Source: Octopus vulgaris (taxonomy: Eukaryota). Taken from it: a stretch of 64,000 nt of DNA. Positions 13,448 through 24,429 of this stretch are shown piece after piece. The first letter of the stretch is position 1; every line of letters begins with the position of its first letter. The stretch is from positions 41,478,001-41,542,000 of the forward strand of contig OX597816.1 of the NCBI GenBank assembly GCA_951406725.2, written 5' to 3'. Under the pieces are notes generated by a model. That model worked only from the letters and a program-made list of their open reading frames with translations. It did no database searches and was not told where the DNA came from. Made by a program: the position numbers and the translations under genes.

Positions 13448-13853
13448 TTCGTAGTTATAATTATTATTGATGTATCAACGACAGACCACGAAGAAAGAGC
13501 GATGTACATATATATAGAGGTATTATATAAATATGAATGTATTTGTAATTAAAATTTTATATTTAAAATTTTAATCACATGTTTGCAGTCTACGTATAGA
13601 AATGTAGCAGTCAATTAGTTTAGATTTTTACGCACATGTTGCTGTAACAATGCATCTGGATGAAGCTATAGTCTTTGTAAATATATATATATATACTCCA
13701 TATAAGAACAATCTTTCAATTTTCTGAGATGGCTTAAGACACTGTTCACTCACTGCTTTTACGGATTCTCAGTTCTTGCCTCGTGATGGTTTCAGATTTG
13801 ATTCTTCTTTCCGGCAGCTCCCTGTCACACTTCCATTTTGTTTGATATTCGCT

Positions 13854-13923
<70 letters not shown>

Positions 13924-13984
13924 CATCATCATCATCATCATCATCTTCATCATACTTTTTAATGCAGTCCTCCTGTGTTTCTAA

Positions 13985-14070
13985 GGCCTGTAAACGAACT
14001 CGGAAGTTTGAACCGCCAACTAAGCCGTTCTCGATACCTTTAAAGCCAGGAACTTTTCAGCACCCCCTTA
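13985..14070. mobile_element. Probable Tc1/mariner terminal fragment
   Basis: tacctttaaagccaggaacttttcagcaccccc-TA resembles a mariner-type TIR ending at TA; no partner TIR seen. Confidence 0.35.
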
Positions 14071-16971
14071 ATATTTTTATTACACTGATGGAAATTTCAT
14101 TTTAAAAATATTGTTATTTAACATGCATTAATCTAATAATATTAGGAATGTGAAGCAACATGTATGACATATGTCTTGAGAAATTCATATTTTTCTCTTT
14201 AGTAAATCTTGTAATTTTATATGAATATTGTGAATTATGAATATTCCTAAACTTCTTATGTCTAATTGTAGAAAATGTGGGAAAAACTATATGAATTTAT
14301 AAACAATATATTAGCCCTTACCCACACTCAGGAAGTGATAGATAACTTACCCTTCTACTTAAGATGCACATCACTAAAATATCTTTGTTTTTTTCTCTTT
14401 TCAACCGTCAGTTTCTTGTGATGAATACGCGGCACAGAGTGATCCACATAATCAATTTCTTCTTCAACATCTCACTTTTTCACTAATATCCGAAATTATT
14501 ACAGCGGATATAATACTTTCTTCATGATATTTAATGAGATTCATAATTTGAATTTGAAATCAAGTATTTATAAGCAAAAAAGGCAAAGAATTCACATTAA
14601 TAATTTTCTTCTTGTTTATATATAACGAATATTTAATTTTTCTCGCAGACAGGGATCATAGATATTGCAATTTCATTATTTATAGCATTCGCTAGTGTTA
14701 TATAAATTGTGACTGCTTCACGATTTCATGATGCGAAATACTTCATTAAAATTGGAAATATTTGCAGGAGATTCATAGAAAAATGTTTTTTTTTTTCATT
14801 ATTGAGTGTTAGTAGATTAAGAAGGGAGAGGAAATATAGAATGTTGTTAGTGCTTACATACAGGAAAATATGTGTGCAGGCGCCTCTACTTCGTGAATGT
14901 GATTTAAAATATGTAATAAATTCAAATTTAACTATACGCAAATTCCCAAGCCGTCTTGCAATGGATTGTTTAAGGTGTAGATATTGATTTTAAGCAGGTA
15001 TTTCATGGCAGTATATACACTTCGTTATGAAGTAGAACATTTATTCGTGAACATAAGGTTTAAGTGGAATATTTTCAAAATCACAAGCACAATATTTTAT
15101 AACCATATTCTTAAACGTTAGTTGCAGTTATTATGAGGGAAATATTTTTTCATTCATGATATTTGATGGGAGAAGAATGCAGAATTTGAAATGAAGGAAT
15201 TGCAAGGTAGTAATCGTATATAATACTATTTCATTTTCCTTAGAAATCGTCTGCACAATTATGTTATTGATTGCACATTTTGTGAATGAATGCTTTTCAT
15301 TAGAGCTGGAAAAATTACAGTGTGAAGAAATTTCGCACAATATTTTTCATTTTCTAAATTTTACTTCATAGACATAGGAATAGATTTTAGTATAGAAGCC
15401 GTTAATGTGTAACTTTTCTGCCCCAAGCTTTTCTGTGATAAAGCGAAAACAACATACAGTAAAAGTGAGGCAGAAAAGTAGTACCTTTACTAAATCAACC
15501 TTGTAGCAAAGATAGAAAGCTCAAATACACAAAGATTAACCTATTGGTAAGGATGCAATTTAAAAAAAAATGATTCATTTGTAAAACTACTAGTACTTTA
15601 CTGCTTGAAAGGTTAACTGACGGTAAGATATGTCACAGCAGAATCTCGCACTTTCAAACGTATAGCGTGTTGCAGAGGTTTGTCATGATTCACTGAAAGA
15701 GCATCGTTTCATGACACGTATAGTATAATGGATTTTGTTCCTTTATAAATTTTTGAATGCATTCAGTCTCTCTTCACGACAGTGACCTCACAATTACAAT
15801 TATTGCTCCCTGAGAATTTATTGTTTTCAATAAAAGCTGGTCCAATTAATATAATAATTTCGTGATGTTGTCTCATCCAAATATATTTGCAAAATATTGA
15901 ATATGAAATCACTTTCTATAATTGATACTGAGATATTTAAGGTGTTGTCTTCCACAACTTGTGATCGTTTAGTGAAGATCTAATGCATCGACTTTTATTT
16001 TATTGAGCCCACGAACAATTTCTTATAAAACTATTTAAGGCTTTATTAAATAGCTTGTGTCAACCAAACTTGTGAAATGAATATGCCACAAGGCTCTAAT
16101 TATGATTTTTTATTTATCCCATAATGGGGCAAATTTGCTCATTTATAACTCGTTTACAATTTCAAACTACAGAACTTTCAAATTGGCCTGCGGCATTCGT
16201 AATTCCGTTGATTTCCTTCTATTTTATAAAAATAATTCCGCCACAGATGTTGGAACATTCATTTAAAAAGAAAATTACATCAGTTTTCAATGGATCGTTG
16301 ATATGCCTCGCAAAATAAAACATCGTATTTCATTTGTGCTTTGCGACACACACAGCTGGAAGGAAATTACTTTTATAGAGATTATTTTCTTATTCTATGT
16401 CAAAATATTGTAAACTAAAAATTTACTGAGTGAGTTACATGGTTTCCTTATAATAGGGAATTTTACATGAAACTTTGCTAGAAGTATAAGTAGAGGCATT
16501 GAAGTTTTTTTTCATCAAGTGAAATATATTTGTACTTGCCATTTACGGCAAATTTCTTATCATCAAATGACATTCATTCCCTTTTTTTAAAAAAAAAACC
16601 AGTCTCTTCTCCAAGTTACGTATTGTATTCAATTTGTTGAATCTGTAAATAATACGAAAGCATATCCATAGTTTAAGACTACACGGAGAATAGATTAAAA
16701 CAATCAATTTTAAGCAGTGATTCCCGTATCAATATTTCTTCGAAATTACCATGTAATTCATTATATACTTATTTTATTTCTTTTTGCTATCTTTGCTTTA
16801 ATATATCACAAAATCAAATGTTGCATATTATTTGGTTAGTAAAGTAATATTTCTAATACTACGAGAATTCTATTTGCTTCCTGTTCGTCTCATTTTATCT
16901 CCTTTGATATATATACATACATACGCACACATATATAGTTCACACACATAAATATTATATGTATGTATATA

Positions 16972-17019
<48 letters not shown>

Positions 17020-17022
<3 letters not shown>

Positions 17023-17276
17023 TCAAATACCAGTGGTAGAGTAATATGCTTTATTTTAAGAAGCAGAAAATTCAACAAAATCTGTTACTCTGAGTTTCTC
17101 GTTGCCGTTCATCAGACAGTTTTTGCTAGCAAAAACTGTCTGATGAACGGCAACGAGAAACTCAGAGTAACAGATTTTGTTGAATTTTCTGCTGCTTAAA
17201 ATAAAGCATATTACTCTACCACTGGTATTTGAGTACTCTTTTTTCCACCTTGTTTCACATTTATGTGTTTACTCCG

Positions 17277-17280
<4 letters not shown>
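17020..17280. mobile_element. Spacerless 216-bp palindromic hammerhead element in (TA)n
   Basis: Arms 17020-17127 / 17128-17235 centred on gctagc, 1 mismatch; (TA)n both sides. Confidence 0.9.
17131..17178 (+). ncRNA. Minimal type I hammerhead ribozyme (mirror copy on minus strand)
   Basis: aaaactgt CTGATGA acggcaacga GAAA ctcagag TA^ acagatttt; tiny stem II (cg-gcaa-cg) with an A/A closing mismatch. Confidence 0.75.
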
Positions 17281-17310
<30 letters not shown>

Positions 17311-17313
<3 letters not shown>

Positions 17314-17804
17314 CATTACAATCAAGGAACGGCCATAATAGGCCATTCACCCACTAGAAATAACAGCCAAAAGCTTTAACCGCAAAATAACGTCAATTCC
17401 GTAAACCAGGAGAAAATTGAAAAACATTTACCCTGTAATTTCTTAGACGATGCACCGTCTATTCTTACTGGCTATTTCTTACTGATGAATCTAAGGGCCT
17501 ATGGTAGATTGGCTTGATTTAATTTAATCAGGTTAGTTTTCCATTAAACAGAAGATGAAACGGTGCATCGTCTAAGAAATTACAGGGTAAATGTTTTTCA
17601 ATTTTCTCCTGGTTTACGGAATTGACGTTATTTTGCGGTTAAAGCTTTTGGCTGTTATTTCTAGTGGGTGAATGGCCTATTATGGCCGTTCCTTGATTGT
17701 AATGTTGAACTTAAAAATGGTTTATGACTATTTAATTTTTTCCCACTAGGCCGCTGGTGGCAAAAGAATTCTACAAAATTTTTTTTGCCACCCTATATTG
17801 ATTA
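17311..17804. mobile_element. Head-to-head hammerhead element in (TA)n
   Basis: 147-bp essentially perfect inverted arms 17312-17458 / 17560-17706; (TA)n both sides. Confidence 0.9.
17474..17580 (+). ncRNA. Type I hammerhead ribozyme with extended stem II
   Basis: atttctta CTGATGA atct[60 nt]agat GAAA cggtgcatcg TC^ taagaaat; perfect 8-bp stem I; GTC cleavage triplet. Confidence 0.85.
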
Positions 17805-17828
17805 ATATATATATATATATATATATAT

Positions 17829-18096
17829 AGTGGTTGTATATTGTCAACTTAACGTGACAGTCCCGTAAGGGAATTACACACCGCTATTTAGCCCTAGGAA
17901 GCATCGACGCTTCCTGTCGGCCTTGACACATTTCTTGTGTCCTTATATATTTACACAGGAAATGTGTCAATTCATAGGGCTAAATAGCGGTGATGTAATT
18001 CCCTTACGGGACTGTCACATTACGTTCACAATATACAACCACTCTATCGCTCCACCACCGCACATATCTCTATGAGATATTAAGAAATTTAATATT

Positions 18097-18100
<4 letters not shown>
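17829..18100. mobile_element. Older head-to-head element in (TA)n retaining the 3' half of a hammerhead
   Basis: Imperfect inverted arms 17829-17940 / 17953-18043; both contain GAAATGTGTC, interpretable as CpG-decayed GAAACGCGTC. Confidence 0.7.
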
Positions 18101-18134
<34 letters not shown>

Positions 18135-18137
<3 letters not shown>

Positions 18138-18570
18138 TTGGTTGTCTACTTCTTATGCATCTAATGTCGGTTTCTAAACCAGACAAATGTTTGGAGAGAC
18201 TCCCACATAGATTGCATATCCGATTTGGAACACCAAGAGCTGCAGATAAGTTCCGATCTTTGTGGCTCTTAAATTGTCTTTTGAGGCCTCCATTCGATAT
18301 GCAAACCATCTGGCATACATTGAATTGAAAGTTGTGCACAGTCATATAGGCAGAATAGTTGGTGGATGCTCGTTTTCCATGGGTTCGCAAATGAGATTTG
18401 ATCCCAGGAAAAGAAATTATGGTCTGTTACAAACTGTGCACGCAAAAGGGTCATTGTGATTAACCTTCACGATCTTAACAATCTTCCTTAAATCTCTCTT
18501 GAGTCTTCATGCGTTATTCTGACCACTTCAAATGCATTCACGCCCCTCCACACATTTGATTGCCATCGAT
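18135..18570 (-). mobile_element. 3' end of an RTE-type LINE with degenerate C2H2-like fingers
   Basis: RLKRDLRK; FQFNVCQMVCISNGGLKRQFKSH; RICNLCGSLSKHLSGLETDIRCI. Confidence 0.6.
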
Positions 18571-18627
18571 CTATGTATGTACATATATAAATACATGAAT
18601 ACTATACATATACACGTATATATATAT

Positions 18628-18680
<53 letters not shown>

Positions 18681-18684
<4 letters not shown>

Positions 18685-19881
18685 TGGGAGCATACCCTTT
18701 CGGCTTCTTATCGCTTCTGAAGATCTGCTCGAAACTAACAGTGCCAGCAAACCCAAAATACGCAAGCGAAGAATTTCTGCTCTCCCCTTTCCACCAGCGT
18801 GGGTTAAAATCAGTAAACACTATGCTTTTTCGGTAAAATCCGAAGCATTAAATAGAGAAAGATGAATTATAATTTCAACAATTGAGGGTAAAATTAATTA
18901 ATTATTAATCAATTTCACCAAGTATTCAGTATGTAAAGGGACCATTTAAGGCGAATTCAAATTATTACATTATATAAAAGGGCTTAGTAAAATAAATTAC
19001 TTTGCCACATACTGAACTCATTAGAAATAGTAGCTAAAAAATCTTTTTTAAAACTATTTTTAATACTTAAAGAAAATATCTCTCATATAGTGTTTGCTCA
19101 AATCAACTCACGAAAGTATGGGGGTAAAGACATTAAAAATCAAATGCAAAGGTTATTTAAGAACGTACGTTTCAAGATTAGTCAACTCGACATTTCTATC
19201 ATCAGCTCAGAACTCCTTGGTTTGGATTTGAAAACACTGAAAGTGGGAGCATACCCTTTCGGCTTCTTATCGCTTCTGAAGATCTGCTCGAAACTAACAG
19301 TGCCAGCAAACCCAAAATATGCAAGCGAAGAATTTCTGCTCTCCCCTTTCCACCAGCGTGGGTTAAAATCAGTAAACACTATGCTTTTTCGGTAAAATCC
19401 GAAGCATTAAATAGAGAAAGATGAATTATAATTTCAACAATTGAGGGTAAAATTAATTAATTATTAATCAATTTCACCAAGTATTCAGTATGTAAAGGGT
19501 ATGCTCCCACTTTCAGTGTTTTCAAATCCAAACCAAGGAGTTCTGAGCTGATAATAGAAATGTCGAGTTGACTAATCTTGAAACGTACGTTCTCAAATAA
19601 CCTTTGCATTTGATTTTTAATGTCTTTACCCCCATACTTTCGTGAGTTGAATTGAGCAAACACTATATGAGAGAGATTTTCTTTAAGTATTAGAAATAGT
19701 TTTAAAAAAGTTTTTTTAGCTACTGTTTCTAATGAGTTCAGTATGTGTCAAAGTAATTTATTTTACTAAGCCCTTTTATATAATGTAATAATTTGAATTC
19801 GCCTTAAATGGTCCCTTTACATACTGAATACTTGGTGAAATTGATTAATAATTAATTAATTTTACCCTCAATTGTTGAAAT

Positions 19882-19885
<4 letters not shown>
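18681..19885. mobile_element. 559-bp hammerhead unit: 1.46 tandem copies plus an inverted ~390-bp copy, in (TA)n
   Basis: 18681-18940 = 19240-19499 (near-identical); 19494-19885 is the reverse complement of ~18868-19259; aaaggg microhomology at the inversion junction. Confidence 0.9.
19158..19209 (-). ncRNA. Type I hammerhead ribozyme (plus-strand copy at 19544-19595 has a G8>A change)
   Basis: tgag CTGATGA tagaaatgtcgagttgactaatctt GAAA cgtacg TT^ ctta; palindromic stem III cgtacg. Confidence 0.65.
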
Positions 19886-19920
<35 letters not shown>

Positions 19921-19947
19921 ATATATATACATGGTATACATACATAG

Positions 19948-19985
<38 letters not shown>

Positions 19986-20003
19986 CATGGTATACATACA
20001 TAG

Positions 20004-20051
<48 letters not shown>

Positions 20052-20089
20052 CAGATAATTAGATATGCATAATACACATACATAAGTAT

Positions 20090-21182
20090 TATAACAGGTT
20101 GAGTAAAAGTCAGCAACGTTTTGAACTATAAGGAATTTGCACCGGATCTTTTCAGAGTTTAGAATATTTTTAAAAACATTCTTGGCAATTCTCTGATAAT
20201 ACAGGCCCAAAATGCCTTAATGAATTAGCAATTATTTTCACCCCGTCGTTACAATCATCTGAAGTGAAACTAACAAAGCGCGATATTTGAATAATTTTGC
20301 TTTTCAAATTAGAAAAAAGGACGTAAAGCAGCTAAAACTTCTCGCGATATCAACGAAATGTATCGTGCAGAAATGACCACTGAGTGGTCAACTCATATAT
20401 GGTTTCAACGATTTCGCAGTTGAGAGCTGAGCTTTTGAAAAATCGTGATTGTAGTGGATGCCTATATAACTACGTAAACCCACTCGAAAACTGGCAAGGG
20501 AACTTCAAATTAGCCAGAAAACCGCCTGAAACCATTTGCTTGCGATCGCAAAATCAAAAAAGCTCGACAAATGGGTATCACAGGATTTGAATGAAAATCA
20601 GAAAGTGTGCAAATATGAAATTTTCTCGTCGCTTCTTCTCCGATCTATTTCTCGACTGTTTTGTAACTTGCGATGAAAAATGTTTTCTGTACGTTCTTCA
20701 CATTAGTTGGACTAAACTGAAGTACCTAAAACATTTCCCTAAACATGAGCTTTTCAAAAAGAAAGATATGGTGACCGTTTGGTGGTGTACTGCTGGACTC
20801 ATCCTCTATAACTTCTTGAAACTTAGAAAAACCATTACTGTAGAAACATATTACCATGAAATTGCCAAAACGAACGGAAAACTGCTACACGTCCGTCACA
20901 GACTAGTCAACAGAAGAAAGTCTATCATTCTTCATGACAAGGCTCGTCCACACATTTCACTAATGATGCTCCAGAAGTTGAGGGAACGTGGCTACGTAGT
21001 TCTTCGGCCTCCAGTTTTACCGTCAGGCCATACTCCTACCGGCTACCACTTTTTCAAACACCTTAATAGTTTCCTGCAAGAGAAGGAGTTCAAAAATCAA
21101 ACCGATGCTGAAGGGCGTTCAAAGAGTTCATTAGCTCTAGAACTCCAGTTTTCTATGTTACTGGAATGAACAAACTTGTCAC
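20090..21182 (+). mobile_element. Decayed mariner (D,D34D) transposon, 3'-truncated
   Basis: GRKAAKTSRDINE; VTCDEKC; MVTVWWCTAG; ILHDKARPH; PSGHTPTGYHFFKHL (YSPDLAP.DY-like); frameshifts. Confidence 0.9.
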
Positions 21183-21642
21183 TCAGAACATCACACAAGG
21201 CCTTGTGTGATGTTCTGATGGCGCTTGGTCAGAAATACAAAGGGTAAGTTTTCTAGCATTTTCAAATTTTTAAATTCTCGAAACATTATTTTGATAAAGG
21301 AAATGAATTTTTTATAATTCTAATACAGAAACGCGTCCATAATTAATCGAATACTGTTTGATTTCATTATTTTCCTTTTTTTTTTACCTGTGTGAGTTAC
21401 AGATAGTGTTATCTGTGGAGTCATATTTTGTAGCGAAAAGAAATAACGGTACTTTGGCTGCTATTTCTAAATTGTCGGTATGTGGTTAAGCAACTTGTTG
21501 CTACACCCTTAATTATTGTTATAAATATATATAAAACTTATTGTATAAGTTTTTTACGGAATATGGTTCTTTTCCATTCCGAAACTACTTGGTGAAATTT
21601 ATTAATTATAAAATAATAATTTTTTAGCCTATATCTATAATG

Positions 21643-21645
<3 letters not shown>
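21183..21645 (+). mobile_element. Decayed hammerhead element with a 36-bp terminal palindrome, ending at (TA)n
   Basis: tcagaacatcacacaagg|ccttgtgtgatgttctga at 21183-21218; attatt TTGATAA..GAAACGCGTC cataat at 21285-21343; tacttggtgaaatt.attaat shared with 19829-19849. Confidence 0.55.
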
Positions 21646-21700
<55 letters not shown>

Positions 21701-21734
21701 TATAGATATACATATAGATATATATATATAGATA

Positions 21735-22005
21735 TACAGGGGTTGGACAACATAATGAAAACACCTAACATAATAGCATCATAATTTTGAAATATCTATA
21801 AAATCGTCAAATGTTTCATATTTATGTTTTTTGCATTATTATTAGTGTCGCTTAATATGTTTTGCTAAACTTGTTCATGCTTTTCAGATATCATCAGAAA
21901 AAAGGGTAATTAAAATTCATTAAAATGACAGATCTATCGGACATCCAAAGAGGTTAAATTGTTGGTGCTTCTATGGCAGGCGCTAGTGTAACGAAAACAG
22001 TCGAT
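21735..22005 (+). mobile_element. Tc1-like transposon 5' fragment
   Basis: TA-caggggttggacaacataatgaaaacacct TIR; MTDLSDIQRG*IVGASMAGASVTKT. Confidence 0.8.
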
Positions 22006-22247
22006 ATATATGTATAAGGACAAAACGTATATACCATTACATTTTCATGCTCAAGAGGTTTATCAGAAGTACATGATTATCAATTTCATTATCAATTACA
22101 TTAATTTAAATGAAATACATGGTTCACAGCCGAAGACACGAAATTTAAAGTCATATGTGAATCTTAACTAGTTATACTTCTTTAATATTCAGCAAGATAA
22201 TATAAAATATATTGTTATTGCAATTGATACCATACCAATCTTCAATA

Positions 22248-22650
22248 GGCGCAGGAGTAGCTGTTTGGTAAGTAGCTTTCTTAACAACCACATGACTCCA
22301 GATTCAGTCTCACTGCGTGCTGCCTAGGGCATGTGACTTGACCTATAGCCTCGGGCCAACCAAAAGCTTCTGAGTGAATTTCGTAGACGGAAACTGAAAG
22401 AAGCCCATCGTATATATCTATATATGCGCGCGCGCGCGTGTGTGTCTGTTTGTACCCTCTACATCGCTTGACAACCAATGTTGGAGTGTTTACGTCCACG
22501 TAATTTAGCGGTTCGCTAAAATAAACCGATAGAATAATTACTAGGCTTACAAAGAATAAGTCCTGGGGTCGATTTGTTCCACTACAGGCGGTGCTACAGT
22601 ATGGCTGCAGTTAAATAACTAAAACAAATACGAGAATAAAAGAATAAAAT
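22248..22650 (+). mobile_element. tRNA-derived SINE family B
   Basis: ggcgcaggagt.gctgt.tggtaag head with A/B-box-like motifs, internal TA/TG tract, (aaagaata)n tail; matches 40336, 47027, 56612 copies. Confidence 0.9.
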
Positions 22651-22966
22651 ATTTTCTTTACCTTCATTTTTCCTAACCGCATTCTGTTGAATTGATATAA
22701 ATATTTCTTCCTTCTTGTAAATTACAGGTAATCCAATTTAACTCTGATGATAAATGTTTTAGGTATACGTTATCTACAATTTCAGTTAAGTTCTATACAA
22801 TTCTTTCCGCCATTGACAATCGCGCAATTAGCATATCAGAGTATTAATTATATCGCAACGTAAAACCATGATGCACATACACACTCACGCGTAGATGCAC
22901 ATAAAAACTTACGTACGCAAACTTATACACATTCCCACACATTTACTTGTATGCATATTATATATA

Positions 22967-24035
22967 TACAGAGTTGGACAAAATAATGGGAACACCTTAA
23001 AATTTCAAACAATTTTATTTTAATATGAGGCAAGGCCGCCTTTGGCAGTAATTACAGCTTGATTTATACGCGGTATGGTCTCGTACAAAGTTTGTATTGG
23101 TTTCCTAAGGAACCTTTGTCCAATCTTCAGCTACAACAGACTCCAGTTCTTGTAGTGAAGATGGTGGTCATTAAGCTCTGCAATAATTTTGGGAGATGTA
23201 CTTTTGTGATCTTTTCTAACAATTTGCGTAAGTGTCCGACGGTCTCTATCTGAAAGTTTTGGGTTTCTTCCGGAGTTTTCTTTCGACGTGGAGCTTTTCC
23301 CATTTTTCTCAAAGACTGTTATTACAAACGAGACAGTACTACTTATTTCTTTATTGTCGACAAGGGGCTAAACATAGAGGGGACAAACAAGGACGGACAG
23401 AGGGTTTAAGTCGAGTTCATCGACTCCAGTGCGTAATTGATACTTTATTTATCGACCTCGAAATGATGAAAGGCAAAGTCGACCTCGGCAGAATTTGAAC
23501 ACAGAACGTAGCGGAAGCCGAAATACCTATTTCTTTACTACCCACAAAGGGCTAAACTCAGAGGGGACAAACAAATTCAGACAAACGGATTCAGTCGATT
23601 ACATTGACCCCAGTGTGTAACTGGTATATATTAAATCGACCCCAAAATGATGAAAGGCAAATTTGACGTCGGTGGAATTTGAACTCAGAACGTAGCGGCA
23701 GACGAAATACCGCTAAGCATTTCGCCCGGCGTGCAAGCGTTTCTGCCAGCTCGACGCCCTTCTTGATCCACCAAATATTTTGGCTGTTATAGTTACATAC
23801 GAGCACGAACAATTTGACCTCTTTGAAAGTCCGATAGATCTGTCATTTTCAGGAATTTTAATTACCCTCTTCTAATGATATCTGAAATGAAACAGCAATT
23901 TTAGCAAAACATAATAAGCAACATTAATAATAAATCAAAAAACATAAAAATAAAGAAGAATTTGACGGCTTTATAGATACTTCAAAATTATGATGCTAAG
24001 ATGCTAGGTGTTTCCATTGTTTTGTCCAACCTCTG
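22967..24035 (-). mobile_element. Internally deleted Tc1-like element with both TIRs, interrupted by a SINE dimer
   Basis: TIRs cagagttggacaaaataatgggaacacct / aggtgtttccattgttttgtccaacctctg; MTDLSDFQRGQIVRARM on minus; same family as 21735. Confidence 0.8.
23344..23760 (-). mobile_element. Dimeric SINE family A
   Basis: Two tandem monomers joined at gaaatac|ctatttctttactaccc (~23527). Confidence 0.9.
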
Positions 24036-24063
24036 TCTGTATATATATGTATATATATATATA

Positions 24064-24147
<84 letters not shown>

Positions 24148-24429
24148 GTACATACATACATATATATATATAATTTTGCATTTTGTTCAAAATCATTATG
24201 GAGCCTCTAACAGTCTTAAAAGTGTAAAACGAAAGTGAGTACCATTCATGGAATTTTGTAATCTTGTTTTGTTAAATTCCAATCTTATTTACACATCAGA
24301 ACATTTTTCATTTTGCTGAGCGACGTTGGTATTAAATTAATCCAGCAAAACCCATGAAATGCAGAGGTGTTTATTGACAAATATCAATTACTTTTGCTAT
24401 ATAAATACAGCAAAGTTTGTACTAGATAT

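Larger units (their letters stand above)
12067..13840. repeat. Old tandem duplication of a ~480-bp unit (2 copies), each later interrupted
   Basis: 12067-12365 aligns with 13164-13690 (minus the SINE); 12985-13130 aligns with 13690-13840. Confidence 0.8.

Noticed and set aside
18070-18390. Host C2H2 zinc-finger gene
   Set aside because: Fingers are degenerate, there are upstream stops, and the context matches an RTE LINE C-terminus
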